In this document: positions 16,601-23,650 of the stretch, piece by piece
How positions within the stretch are numbered: position 1 is the first letter of the stretch
Layout: each line of letters begins with the position of its first letter
Assembly: GCA_964580875.1 (NCBI GenBank)
Contig: CAZOMG010000017.1
Span: 64,001 to 87,650, forward strand
DNA from: an uncultured bacterium
Lineage (GTDB): Bacteria > Muiribacteriota > Ozemobacteria > Ozemobacterales > Ozemobacteraceae
Direction: 5' to 3'
DNA: 23,650 nucleotides
Made by a program: the position numbers and the translations under genes
The notes under the pieces: model-generated
Told to the model about the DNA's origin: nothing
Seen by the model: the letters and a program-made list of their open reading frames with translations, nothing else
Databases searched by the model: none

Positions 16601-19600
16601 AGTGCTGGGAAGCCGGTACTTCAGGGAAGCCAGTCGGCACAGAAGCTCTTGCAACGCAGTATTTTTGGGTCGAATACCCGGGGCAACTGGTTGCAACGCT
16701 GACGGTCAATGTTGAAGATGGCGTCGATCTTGGTGAGCCGATTACGGTAACCATGTCGCTGGCCAATGAGGTTGCCAGCAGTGCTGTCGTTTACCCGGCT
16801 TCGGCCACGACACCGATTAAATTCGCCGGCACCGGTGCGGTCAGCCCCTTGACTTACCCATCACCTGATACGGTCAGCATTCAGTATGGCTACCCGGCCA
16901 CCTTCACCTGGACATTCATGACCGATGCTTATTCGATCTTCGATACTTTTCAGTTGACATCGACGGCTACCGGCGTCGATCGTAACACGGCCAGCGCCCC
17001 TGAACTCGAGCGTCTTTATCCTTCAGTAACTGCATTTAGCAAGGCGTTTCGTATTTATGACCGCAAAATGACCATTTCCCCGATAACCCTCGATTTTGGC
17101 ACCATGATTCACGGTGAAACCAAGGTCATCGATGGCATAACCATCAATAACACCGGCAATGCCACAATGACCAATATTCAGTGGCAACTTCTCGACCTCG
17201 AAAGCCCCGAAGAAAACAAACTGCCTCTCAGTGCCTTTTTCCCGCTGCCTTCCCCGGAGGCTCCTTTTACCCTGAATGCTCCCGGCATTCAGACCGGTTC
17301 TTTTACTCTGACGCTTCCTTACAATCAGGCTTCAGGCACTTATGAGAAGCTTCTCTGGGTCTACGACGACGTCAACTATGATACGCAAAAAAATGCTACC
17401 GAGCCGGCGGCATCATTCACCGTCAGAGTCACTGCCAGCGAATGCAGCCATCTGGTTGTATCGCCGCAGATCATCGATCTGGGCGGCTGGCCCAAAAATA
17501 TCACGACCGCTTCGAAAACCCTTAGTCTTTTCAGCGGCGGCAACCTTGACCTGACGAATGTAAAATTCAAAGAAATAGCTTCCGACTCAAGTTTGACGAC
17601 GCTGAATGTTCTGCCGGCAACTCTTGGCAGTATGGTTGCCGGTTCGGTTGCGGTGGCCGAGGTGTCGGCGAGTATCGGGGCTGAAGGCAGCGGGCCTTAT
17701 ATTGCTACCTGGTCGGCCTATGATGATGGAAAATATGCCAGCGCCACTTTTCAGATTCGCTTTTCGGTGGGTGCCAAGGTTTTCGATGCTACTTCCGACC
17801 CGGTCAACCCGGTGCCGCAACCGGTTGCCATGGGCGCCGGCAATCCTGACAACAGTATCGAAAACGTCTCGTTCACGATTCGCAACACCTTGCCGGCCGG
17901 TGAACTGCCGATCCTGGCGCCCCGGTCTTACTGCACGGGTTTGCAACGCACCACGAGCAGCCCCGATCACACCCTGCCACCCGAAGACAACATCATTGTC
18001 GAACTGCCGGCCGGGCCGATCCCCTATGGTGAAACGCGCCTGGCAACCCTGTCGATATTCATTCCGCCCGGCACGCCTGAGGGCGACTACGAAGGTGTTA
18101 TAACCATCTATGACGACGAAGATGGCTTTGATTCAACCTCTGCTTTCGATATGCAGGTAACGCTTACCGTTAACCCGTTTTTTGCCATATCGGTGCTCGA
18201 TCAGACCGTAGATGTTGGGGGTATTTCGCCCGACGGCTTCAAACAGAAAACTTTCAAATGCATGAATATCGGCAGTTTGCATCTCGCGAGTATCTCATGG
18301 CTGATGAGTGCTTTCTCTCCGGTTATTCCGGTGGGCAACTATTCGATTGAGGTGCCTGCGAACGCCGCGATCGGCACTCTGTTTCTGGCGACCGTAACCA
18401 TGGATCTCAGCGGTCAGGCCTTTGGCACCTACCTGGCTTCTCCTTCATGGCTCTATAACGACCTGGATGGTGGCGGAAAAAGCGACCCGGCCGATGCGGC
18501 TGATAATTTTGGTGTCAAATGCCAGGTCGGCAATTTCGATCTGGATATCATCAATACGGCCCTTGTGGCGAGCGGGGTTCCGAATGCCCTGTCTGATGTG
18601 GTTGGCTTTGAAGTCTACAACACCGGCAATCTCGACCTTGAACTGCCAAAAATTCGGGCGATAGCGGATCTCACTCTCGATGCTTCGAACAAAATTTCTA
18701 CCACCGCCTGTGTTTTTACTACCATACCGATAATCAAGCCGCATACGGGCAATTACGGTAGCTGGGCAGTGCAGACGCCGCCTGCAACCATGGATGGTGA
18801 ATATGTTGGTAGTCTGAAAGTCTGGAATGACGATGATGGCGATGGCTACCCCGGTGATTTTGAGGCTTCTGATACGGTGGCCGTCACCATGAAGGTGTTG
18901 CCGAATACCTCGATGATCGCCACCCCTGACCCTTGTCTGTTGCCGGTCACCAGGCCCGGCGGAACTGCTACCGCCAAATTCCATGTGGTAAACACTGGCA
19001 ACCGGGTGGTGGCGCTGAGTTCTATTACTAAAGCCGCGCTTATCCGAACCTCCGGCGGCAGCATTCCGGTTGGTAATATCGGCTTTACCGCCATACCGGC
19101 CAATATTCCGGTTGCGCCGGCTGATGGCTATCTGGCCACGGTCACAGCAACGGTTACTGTGCCGCCCAGCCAGGTGCCGGGCACCTATTCCGGTATTCAG
19201 GTTATCAACTACGATGGCAAACAGCTGACCTTCGTTCTCGAGATAACGGTTGGTGAGAAGAAGATTGCAGTAACCAGCCCGGTTCTGTTGGGCACTTCGT
19301 ACCCGAAAGATTCGGTTTCGGCGAGTTTCAACGTTACCAATGAAAGTTCAACGATCGTTCTCGACAGCATCCGCTGGTTGAAGGCAGATTTTAATACCTC
19401 AGGCGCCGAAACTTTTTCTGCCGCTGCCCTGACTTTTTCAGATGAAGATGGTTTCGGGGTCGCGCCCAGTCAGACGAAAGCCATGACGGCTTTTGTGACG
19501 GTACCCGCCGGGAAGCCGGCGGGCAATTATATTGCCACCATTACCGCTTTCGACGACCAGATTGCCAACGGGGCCTATGATGATGGTGAAGCTTCGCGAA

Positions 19601-20532
19601 CCTTTCAGATTCATTTGACGGTAGGCAGTCGGGCGGTTCTGACCTTTGTCGATTCTTCATTGATCGATACCGGTGGTGCCCCCGCCGGCACCTTGAGCGC
19701 CCCGTCGGTGGTCATACCGATCATTAATGAAGGCAATATTGCCCTTAACAATCTTACTTTCTTGTCAACCAGCCTCAGTGGGCCAGGGCCGTCGATAGCC
19801 GGTGGCAATGTTGTGGTTTCTGGCCTGAGTAATCCTCTGGCAGTTGGTGTTACCGATGCTGATGTTTCGGTATGTATAAACGTTCCTGCCGGTCAGAATT
19901 CCGGTATTTATTCTGGTTTTCTCAGTATTTACGACAGCACTCTTCTGGCAACGCACCCTCTCGCTTCATGCACCCGCAAAATCACCATTTTTGTGCCACC
20001 CGACGCAAGCGGGCCAGATATCGCTTCTGGCGCCATCTACCAGGAAATTGCCACAAAGACTTTTTCGACCGGGGACCCCGAGACCTTTATCTTCTCTGCG
20101 TTTGTTGCGGCGACCGGTTCGGTGGGTATCGGTTTTATGGAAACGCTGCCTGACGAGAGCATCAGCAGTTACGAAGGTATCGTTTTTGATTTTGCAAATT
20201 TGACCCTTATCAAAACTAGTCCGGCGATCACCGCGTGTGATGCTGTGCCGATCGAAGTCCAGGATGGTTTGTCCTGGTACCGCATCTATATGACCTTCGA
20301 TTACAAGTTTGACGAAAATATGGCCAGCCACACTTACATTATTCTCAAAAATGCTACCCCTGATGAGGTTGTGGCCGTTGCTTCCTATTCAGCCTGGTTT
20401 GATGGCATTCAACTCGAAAAGACGGTTATCCCGGGCCAGACAAGGCCAACCGCCTTCCGGTCGCGCCCCAAGCTTATTTCGCCTTCAGATGCGCTGAGTG
20501 TTGATGGCAAGACCCATCATTACGAGTGGTAG
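13636..20532 (+). CDS. Giant secreted/cell-surface protein (~2298 aa) built from an FN3-like domain and at least 15 divergent tandem Ig-like beta-sandwich modules of the DUF1573/ASH/MSP (PapD-like) type
   Basis: The ORF track opens at 13579, but the ATG at 13636 has a GGAG Shine-Dalgarno 7 nt upstream and begins a classic signal peptide (MLNNIGTGKQGFVLVLLVALLVFCQANPATA). The protein is Thr/Ser/Val/Ala/Gly-rich and nearly Cys-free. The FN3-like segment lies at about nt 14270-14540 (GGVTLTWNP...YRIYRR...W..IAQW...YTDT...YYCITDFD). Repeated modules begin with xDFG/xDxGG...[IV]x[IV]xNxGNxxLxxIxW (for example LDFGTMIHGETKVIDGITINNTGNATMTNIQW) and end with Y.G.[IL].[IV][YW][DN]D...F.[IV].[LV]TV. 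The C-terminal ~140 aa (20100-20532) is a distinct non-repeat domain ending HHYEW. Confidence 0.85.
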   Translation: MLNNIGTGKQGFVLVLLVALLVFCQANPATALQQLRYPTFATPWTETGKVLAAEPVLFSNTTPNTSGNGRRGLYERPNQSGTKQGDGYMQLAFPAVAKNASTTVLVLLSVREPTLAKQANKWSMTTKGTIRKSDETVIADLFSRTLIEGQQTDTWQDLTWSGTLAPAGVNERLFRIYWFIEIVANNKDQVGADFSDVYLHMSPCGLAAAEEAVDGGGVTLTWNPSAPGTGQPGFDPATAPYRIYRRTDPLAEWQLIAQWPTAPWVAPAATTYTDTTSPASETVYYCITDFDTNLYESPKSPEAVFKPARLVIDEVTSGYESVTIGQTAEVYVKLHNSGNSPIDLFALELDFEGPASAAYSVVPPTLSPAAPLTLAGGASATLTFQVTILDNLTAPGFETINASGAARATVRNLTVTDTQADDDKKERWTICWPASLEITEITVPPRVFRGQVGATIDITTLNNGGENAAGEWLNTAFKFEPGGAVDFTNLRLDPLNTLPVEISQNNTITRRYLVDVSANAQIGPCNIFGRIYYQDVNLRGDSDFWTDFDDSPVASWSVLAGIMRTFRTSSYLTATSTFNAGANNVFAKAENLQPLTSHRFRWFDPDDHEVLTSGMVQTNDLGVMTYEFPLTGAAHGRWRVVATKPLLDTPLAEAYFWVQDPAAISISLGIPPIIVENRYFNATMTMTNIGEAAVAQAYAGSILRVNSVGNASLGSLPTPTYRTISGFGTGMFSWGFTATTMGSYSLEVKGYGYDDNDGRFLETASVTSNVATITTAPVLSVTGVSETYDNVSPGQANLTVNMDIANTGGSPVYVNAASLTFDSGAVAQSYTQVYASPPVFPFVLDGNSTARIVFTVAVDASSLPGAALIRGSFTASEVYDLAWGYGVPHGGGTGNWTVADVSYGECSANQDFLPQQYTFNQNQRIYVRFHNVPDSKKNNYAVLFFDDETLGIIGDERESVYGIPANTEKTVTTNVQLPGDAAVRKWRVECWEAGTSGKPVGTEALATQYFWVEYPGQLVATLTVNVEDGVDLGEPITVTMSLANEVASSAVVYPASATTPIKFAGTGAVSPLTYPSPDTVSIQYGYPATFTWTFMTDAYSIFDTFQLTSTATGVDRNTASAPELERLYPSVTAFSKAFRIYDRKMTISPITLDFGTMIHGETKVIDGITINNTGNATMTNIQWQLLDLESPEENKLPLSAFFPLPSPEAPFTLNAPGIQTGSFTLTLPYNQASGTYEKLLWVYDDVNYDTQKNATEPAASFTVRVTASECSHLVVSPQIIDLGGWPKNITTASKTLSLFSGGNLDLTNVKFKEIASDSSLTTLNVLPATLGSMVAGSVAVAEVSASIGAEGSGPYIATWSAYDDGKYASATFQIRFSVGAKVFDATSDPVNPVPQPVAMGAGNPDNSIENVSFTIRNTLPAGELPILAPRSYCTGLQRTTSSPDHTLPPEDNIIVELPAGPIPYGETRLATLSIFIPPGTPEGDYEGVITIYDDEDGFDSTSAFDMQVTLTVNPFFAISVLDQTVDVGGISPDGFKQKTFKCMNIGSLHLASISWLMSAFSPVIPVGNYSIEVPANAAIGTLFLATVTMDLSGQAFGTYLASPSWLYNDLDGGGKSDPADAADNFGVKCQVGNFDLDIINTALVASGVPNALSDVVGFEVYNTGNLDLELPKIRAIADLTLDASNKISTTACVFTTIPIIKPHTGNYGSWAVQTPPATMDGEYVGSLKVWNDDDGDGYPGDFEASDTVAVTMKVLPNTSMIATPDPCLLPVTRPGGTATAKFHVVNTGNRVVALSSITKAALIRTSGGSIPVGNIGFTAIPANIPVAPADGYLATVTATVTVPPSQVPGTYSGIQVINYDGKQLTFVLEITVGEKKIAVTSPVLLGTSYPKDSVSASFNVTNESSTIVLDSIRWLKADFNTSGAETFSAAALTFSDEDGFGVAPSQTKAMTAFVTVPAGKPAGNYIATITAFDDQIANGAYDDGEASRTFQIHLTVGSRAVLTFVDSSLIDTGGAPAGTLSAPSVVIPIINEGNIALNNLTFLSTSLSGPGPSIAGGNVVVSGLSNPLAVGVTDADVSVCINVPAGQNSGIYSGFLSIYDSTLLATHPLASCTRKITIFVPPDASGPDIASGAIYQEIATKTFSTGDPETFIFSAFVAATGSVGIGFMETLPDESISSYEGIVFDFANLTLIKTSPAITACDAVPIEVQDGLSWYRIYMTFDYKFDENMASHTYIILKNATPDEVVAVASYSAWFDGIQLEKTVIPGQTRPTAFRSRPKLISPSDALSVDGKTHHYEW
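17060..20090 (+). repeat. Tandem array of at least 8 well-delimited ~125-aa protein modules within the giant gene (coding-level divergent tandem repeats)
   Basis: Module starts are marked by LDFG (17089), IDLGG (about 17473), VDVGG (about 18210) and IDTGG (about 19660). Module ends are marked by VYDDVNYD, SAYDDGKY, TIYDDEDGFD, KVWNDDDGDGY, TAFDDQIANGAYDDGE, VINYDGKQ and SIYDS. The repeats are divergent at the DNA level, so they show as periodicity in the protein, not as exact nucleotide repeats. Confidence 0.6.
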
Positions 20533-20542
20533 GCCACACCAG

Positions 20543-20595
20543 TTGATTATTTGCCCTGATTATTTGGGGCAGGCGTTGCCTGTTTAACATAAAAT
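20543..20595 (+). terminator. Weak terminator-like hairpin plus short direct repeat downstream of the giant gene
   Basis: CAGGC-gtt-GCCTG (20570-20582) forms a 5-bp stem, extendable by G-U pairs, and is followed by TTTAACATAAAA. It is preceded by a direct repeat TGATTATTTG x2 (20543-20552 and 20558-20567). The stem is short, so confidence is low. Confidence 0.3.
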
Positions 20596-20636
20596 CAGTA
20601 GAATTGTAACAAATTCATAATTGAGGAAAAGGTTTT

Positions 20637-21158
20637 ATGATTAAACAGGCAGCGATTTTTCAGCTTCTGATGATGCTTTTTATTCTTACCAGCTTTGTAC
20701 AAGGGCGATTGCATGCGAATCAGCTTGCCTATGTGTTTCCGCCAAATATTTCGTTGCAGATTATCGATCAGCAGGCTGAAGCCGGCGGGAAAATAAGACT
20801 GACAGCTGTTATTGAAAGTCGTCTTGGTAGCCTCGAAAACCTCGAACTGTTTTTTGAAAGTTCAAAAGACATGCAGGTGCTCAGTAATACCAGTATTCTC
20901 AAAAGCCTCGCTGTCGGGTCGGCCCGAAAAATCAAGATTCTGGCGGTTAAAACCGGCAAACCCGCTGACGAGATCGGTTCATGGTTAAAAATGGGGGTCA
21001 GATTCACCCCTGATTATCAGGCCATTAAGGTCGCTGTGAGCGATCAGGCCAAATACCCCGATGATTTTGAGCGCCAGAAACTGCTCGATGTAGTCGAAAA
21101 AAATTCGCAGGCTGCCGCCCGCTACCTTGAAGCGGTGCGCCACTTTATTACACAGTAA
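20637..21158 (+). CDS. Hypothetical small secreted protein, 173 aa
   Basis: ATG at 20637 with a GAGGAAAAGG Shine-Dalgarno upstream. N-terminal signal peptide (IFQLLMMLFILTSFVQG). No recognisable domain. Appears more AT-rich than its neighbours by eye. TAA stop at 21156-21158. Confidence 0.55.
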   Translation: MIKQAAIFQLLMMLFILTSFVQGRLHANQLAYVFPPNISLQIIDQQAEAGGKIRLTAVIESRLGSLENLELFFESSKDMQVLSNTSILKSLAVGSARKIKILAVKTGKPADEIGSWLKMGVRFTPDYQAIKVAVSDQAKYPDDFERQKLLDVVEKNSQAAARYLEAVRHFITQ

Positions 21159-21161
21159 CAA

Positions 21162-22499
21162 GTGACAATAATGCCACGAAAACTTGCGATTCTGTCTTTG
21201 TTGTTGTGTCTGCTTATCGTTTGGCCCGGGCTGGTTTCGGCCCTGACTTTTACGACTACCTATACGGTGATTACCGGTTATGGGCCGGTCGCCTCGTTTT
21301 CACACCAGTTGCCGGCCGGCGAAAGAGTCATCAGGGCCGGCGACAAGACCAACGCTTACCTGGTCAAGACAGTTTCTGTCAGAGATGAAGCGCATCTGCT
21401 TCAGCTGATGGGGGCTTCTGACGCCGCTGCCTTGACTGACATACAGAAGGGGCTGCTTGAGAGCTACCGCTTCGCGGCATCGCAGCGTTTTGACCCTCTC
21501 AAAAGCCGGGTTCCGGGTTCGTCGCCGGCGATTAACCTTGAACTGGTCGATATTAACGGTTATACCGACAGCAGTCGCTACAAAACGGTTGTCGATGATT
21601 TCTGGCCCCAGAATGCCAGAGTTTTTCGCTATGTCGGCACTGACCTTGAAATGAACTCAGATATCCGCATCAGCGGCACCGATTGTCTGGGTTTCGGCCC
21701 CGAAACGGCAAAGGCGATGCAGAGCACCTTCGCGCATGAATTCGGTCACGCCATGGATCTCACCCTGACCGAAAATAACGCCTACGGGCACGATGGCTCG
21801 CACTACATCAACGAAAAGATCGCCCCCAAGGCATCTTTTGCCGAAGGCTTTGCCAACTTTATCAAAATGCTCTTTTTTCCTGAAGAAGAACCCCGCTTCA
21901 GAGAAACGGTTAAAACCGTCAAAATCGAACGCCCTGAGGGCGGTTATGACGAGTTTCCGCTCACCGATACCCGCCTGGCCGGTGAGGGCTACCTTAACGT
22001 TGAAGCGATTAATACGCTGATTTTTACTCGCCTTGCAGCCGAGCTGCCTGATGGTCAGAAACTCGTGCTCGATTCTTTTCAGAAGCACAATACGGGCGAA
22101 AACCGCATGAGCAGCTTTTTAAAGAATTTTATTGCTGACCACCCGGCGCATGCCGAAACGGTTGCCAGAATTCTCAATCGCGAAACCGCCGGTCGGTTGA
22201 CTGACGAAGAAATGCGGCTGATACTCGGTAATGGCAGCGGGGTCGAAAGTTTTCTGGTCGCCCGGGCCAATACACCCGTTGTAGTCGCCGAACCAGAGAA
22301 GAAGGCCGAAGAACCCCAGCGCCGTTCAACAATCACCATCTACAAATGGAAAGACGCTTCAGGTGCCGTGCAGTTTACCAGCCAGCCACCGCCTGATGGT
22401 CGTGAATACACCGTCATTAACCGGGCGGCAGAGCCTGGGCGGGCCAGCCCGGTCGTCATCGAAAACCCACAGACCGACCCGTTTATTGTTGGTTATTGA
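21162..22499 (+). CDS. Secreted HExxH zinc metalloprotease-like protein with C-terminal DUF4124-like domain, 445 aa (ORF track starts at GTG 21162; ATG at 21171 equally plausible)
   Basis: Signal peptide MPRKLAILSLLLCLLIVWPGLVSA. Zincin-type motif TFAHEFGHAMD (HEFGH). The C-terminal segment TITIYKWKDASGAVQFTSQPPPDG matches the conserved core of DUF4124 (W.D..G..HFSD.PP). The stop overlaps the 3' end of the convergent EamA gene by 7 nt. Confidence 0.7.
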   Translation: MTIMPRKLAILSLLLCLLIVWPGLVSALTFTTTYTVITGYGPVASFSHQLPAGERVIRAGDKTNAYLVKTVSVRDEAHLLQLMGASDAAALTDIQKGLLESYRFAASQRFDPLKSRVPGSSPAINLELVDINGYTDSSRYKTVVDDFWPQNARVFRYVGTDLEMNSDIRISGTDCLGFGPETAKAMQSTFAHEFGHAMDLTLTENNAYGHDGSHYINEKIAPKASFAEGFANFIKMLFFPEEEPRFRETVKTVKIERPEGGYDEFPLTDTRLAGEGYLNVEAINTLIFTRLAAELPDGQKLVLDSFQKHNTGENRMSSFLKNFIADHPAHAETVARILNRETAGRLTDEEMRLILGNGSGVESFLVARANTPVVVAEPEKKAEEPQRRSTITIYKWKDASGAVQFTSQPPPDGREYTVINRAAEPGRASPVVIENPQTDPFIVGY

Positions 22500-23410
22500 G
22501 CTTCTGGTTCTGGCGCGGGTGATGAACCCCGCCAGATTTCAGAAAGTATGCCGGCCATGATCAGCAGGGTTCCAAGAATCGCTGATGGCGCTATCTGTTC
22601 GCCAAGCAGCAGCCATGCAAAAAACATCGCTACCGGTGGTTTAAAGAAGAACAGGTAGCTGGTGCGGCCAGCCGAAAAAAACTCAAGCGCTTTCATGAAG
22701 GTCAGGTAACCTAGGCCTGTGCCGATGACGCCGGCCCCGAGAATGTTTGGCCAGGCGTGTTTCGGTGGCCAGAAACCGGCGTCAAAAAAATATAGAATCG
22801 GCAGGTAGGCAACCAGGGCCGGCAGACTGCTCATTACCAGCACCACCAGACTGCCATGCCGCTGAATTGCCTTTTTAGAGAGCACGGTGTAAAGCCCAAA
22901 GCCGGCCATGGCAAACAAACCGGCCGCCAGCCCGAAGGGCGTGTCAACGCTGTTGTCGGCTCGGGTGGTCAGCATGATGATACCGAGCATGCCAAGTGCC
23001 AGCGCGAGAATGCGGCGTGGCGGCATCGCCTCGCGCAGCAGCAACCAGGCGAAAAAATTTGTGGCCAGAGGGTTTGCCGAGATGATGATGGCAGCAGTCG
23101 AAGCTTTTGAATACTTGATGCAGAAAGCGAAGGCGCCCATGGCAATGATGATGTTCATGCAGCCGAGCAGCCCGAGGCGCAACAGTTCCAACGCCGGCAT
23201 TTCCCTGATCTGACGGTAGTTCGACCAGAGCATTGCGGGCAGCAGCACGATTACACCAACCGCAAAGCGCCAGAAATTCATGAGCAGAGGTGGCAGGTCG
23301 TGCCGAACGGGGTTGGTGATGATTTCGATCGATGAGAAGGCCAGCAGCGTAAAAACCAGATAGAATGCGGCTTTTATTTTTTGGCTGGCGGTAAGGTCAG
23401 GGTTCTGCAT
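22493..23410 (-). CDS. EamA/DMT-superfamily transporter (drug/metabolite exporter family), ~306 aa
   Basis: The ORF track extends to 23509, but the ATG at 23408-23410 (MQNPDLTASQ...) gives a typical length of about 300 aa. Ten predicted TM helices in two EamA-like halves (…GLLGCMNIIIAMGAFAFCIKYS… and …GLFAMAGFGLYTVLSKKA…). Confidence 0.8.
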   Translation of the reverse strand: MQNPDLTASQKIKAAFYLVFTLLAFSSIEIITNPVRHDLPPLLMNFWRFAVGVIVLLPAMLWSNYRQIREMPALELLRLGLLGCMNIIIAMGAFAFCIKYSKASTAAIIISANPLATNFFAWLLLREAMPPRRILALALGMLGIIMLTTRADNSVDTPFGLAAGLFAMAGFGLYTVLSKKAIQRHGSLVVLVMSSLPALVAYLPILYFFDAGFWPPKHAWPNILGAGVIGTGLGYLTFMKALEFFSAGRTSYLFFFKPPVAMFFAWLLLGEQIAPSAILGTLLIMAGILSEIWRGSSPAPEPEAQ

Positions 23411-23462
23411 AGTGTTGTTTCCGTGGCAGCAAAATCGATGATTATTGTACAACCTGACCCGC

Positions 23463-23501
23463 ATTTTATCATAAAAATTTGCCGACCGGCTTTTATCATA
23501 A
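23463..23501. promoter_or_regulatory. Pair of TTTTATCATAA boxes upstream of the EamA transporter gene; the first is a 7-bp-arm palindrome
   Basis: ATTTTAT-C-ATAAAAT (23463-23477) is an inverted repeat. A second TTTTATCATAA copy lies at 23491-23501, 27 bp away. Both sit 55-90 bp upstream of the minus-strand start at 23410. Operator-like, but not matched to a known regulator. Confidence 0.3.
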
Positions 23502-23650
23502 CCTGCCAACGACAGCCATCGCCCTCTTAGGTTTTAATGGCATGGCAAACGCTTACTTAAATATCTCTAGATGGTAGTTTCGGCAGGTCAGGCGGTTGCA
23601 TAAGCGACGCTTGTCGAGCATCCCATAGTTCCCTGCAAACGATGCCGCTA

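Noticed and set aside
23521-23650. Possible tRNA or ncRNA at the 3' window edge
   Set aside because: No cloverleaf-compatible stems or conserved tRNA boxes (GTTC-A/TTCGA) found by eye. Probably promoter or leader sequence of a gene beyond the window.
1-23650. Mobile elements, CRISPR arrays, integrases, toxin-antitoxin pairs, defense-system ATPases or nucleases
   Set aside because: No transposase or integrase motifs, no direct-repeat/spacer arrays, no terminal inverted repeats, and no Walker-A, nuclease or other defence-system motifs. The secreted-protein cluster appears chromosomal, with no recognisable mobility signatures.

Overview
This 23.65 kb window looks like chromosomal DNA from a deltaproteobacterium-like anaerobe; the taxon is a guess from gene content and I did not verify it. 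There are no rRNA, tRNA, CRISPR, IS or integrase signatures. Two blocks stand out.

Block 1 (267..10201, minus strand) is a tightly coupled six-gene Hyf/Ech-type operon related to complex I. Successive genes overlap at their stop/start codons (ATGA or GTGA) or are separated by only 7-8 nt. The order is a HyfB/NuoL-like antiporter subunit, a HyfC/NuoH-like subunit, a HyfE-like subunit, a HyfF/NuoN-like antiporter subunit, a NuoC-NuoD (HycE/HyfG-like) catalytic-type subunit, and a single polypeptide fusing a 2x[4Fe-4S] ferredoxin (HyfH/NuoI-like) to the NuoB/hydrogenase small subunit. The large subunit has no cysteine at the position of the N-terminal [NiFe] RxCGxC motif and lacks the canonical C-terminal DPCxxC. 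That makes it an energy-converting-hydrogenase-related (Ehr-type) complex, not a true hydrogenase. The small subunit keeps all four ligands of the proximal Fe-S cluster. The NuoN-like subunit carries an unusual 31-residue histidine-rich loop. An 821-aa MscS-family mechanosensitive channel follows 59 bp downstream on the same strand.

Block 2 (10623..23410) is a cluster dominated by secreted or cell-surface proteins. A signal-peptide lipase-like alpha/beta hydrolase overlaps by 20 nt the start of a PhaR-family DNA-binding protein (N-terminal match only); the pair is followed by a good intrinsic terminator. Next comes a 245-aa protein with an internal duplication and an N-terminal signal peptide or anchor helix plus a C-terminal hydrophobic helix. 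Then comes a giant, cysteine-poor, Thr/Ser/Val-rich secreted protein of about 2298 aa. It has an FN3-like domain, a jelly-roll-like N-terminal region, and at least 15 divergent tandem beta-sandwich modules of about 125 aa of the DUF1573/ASH/MSP-like type. The cluster ends with a small secreted protein, a secreted HExxH metalloprotease with a DUF4124-like C-terminal domain, and a convergent EamA/DMT transporter.

The window starts with the C-terminal fragment of a methyltransferase-like gene.
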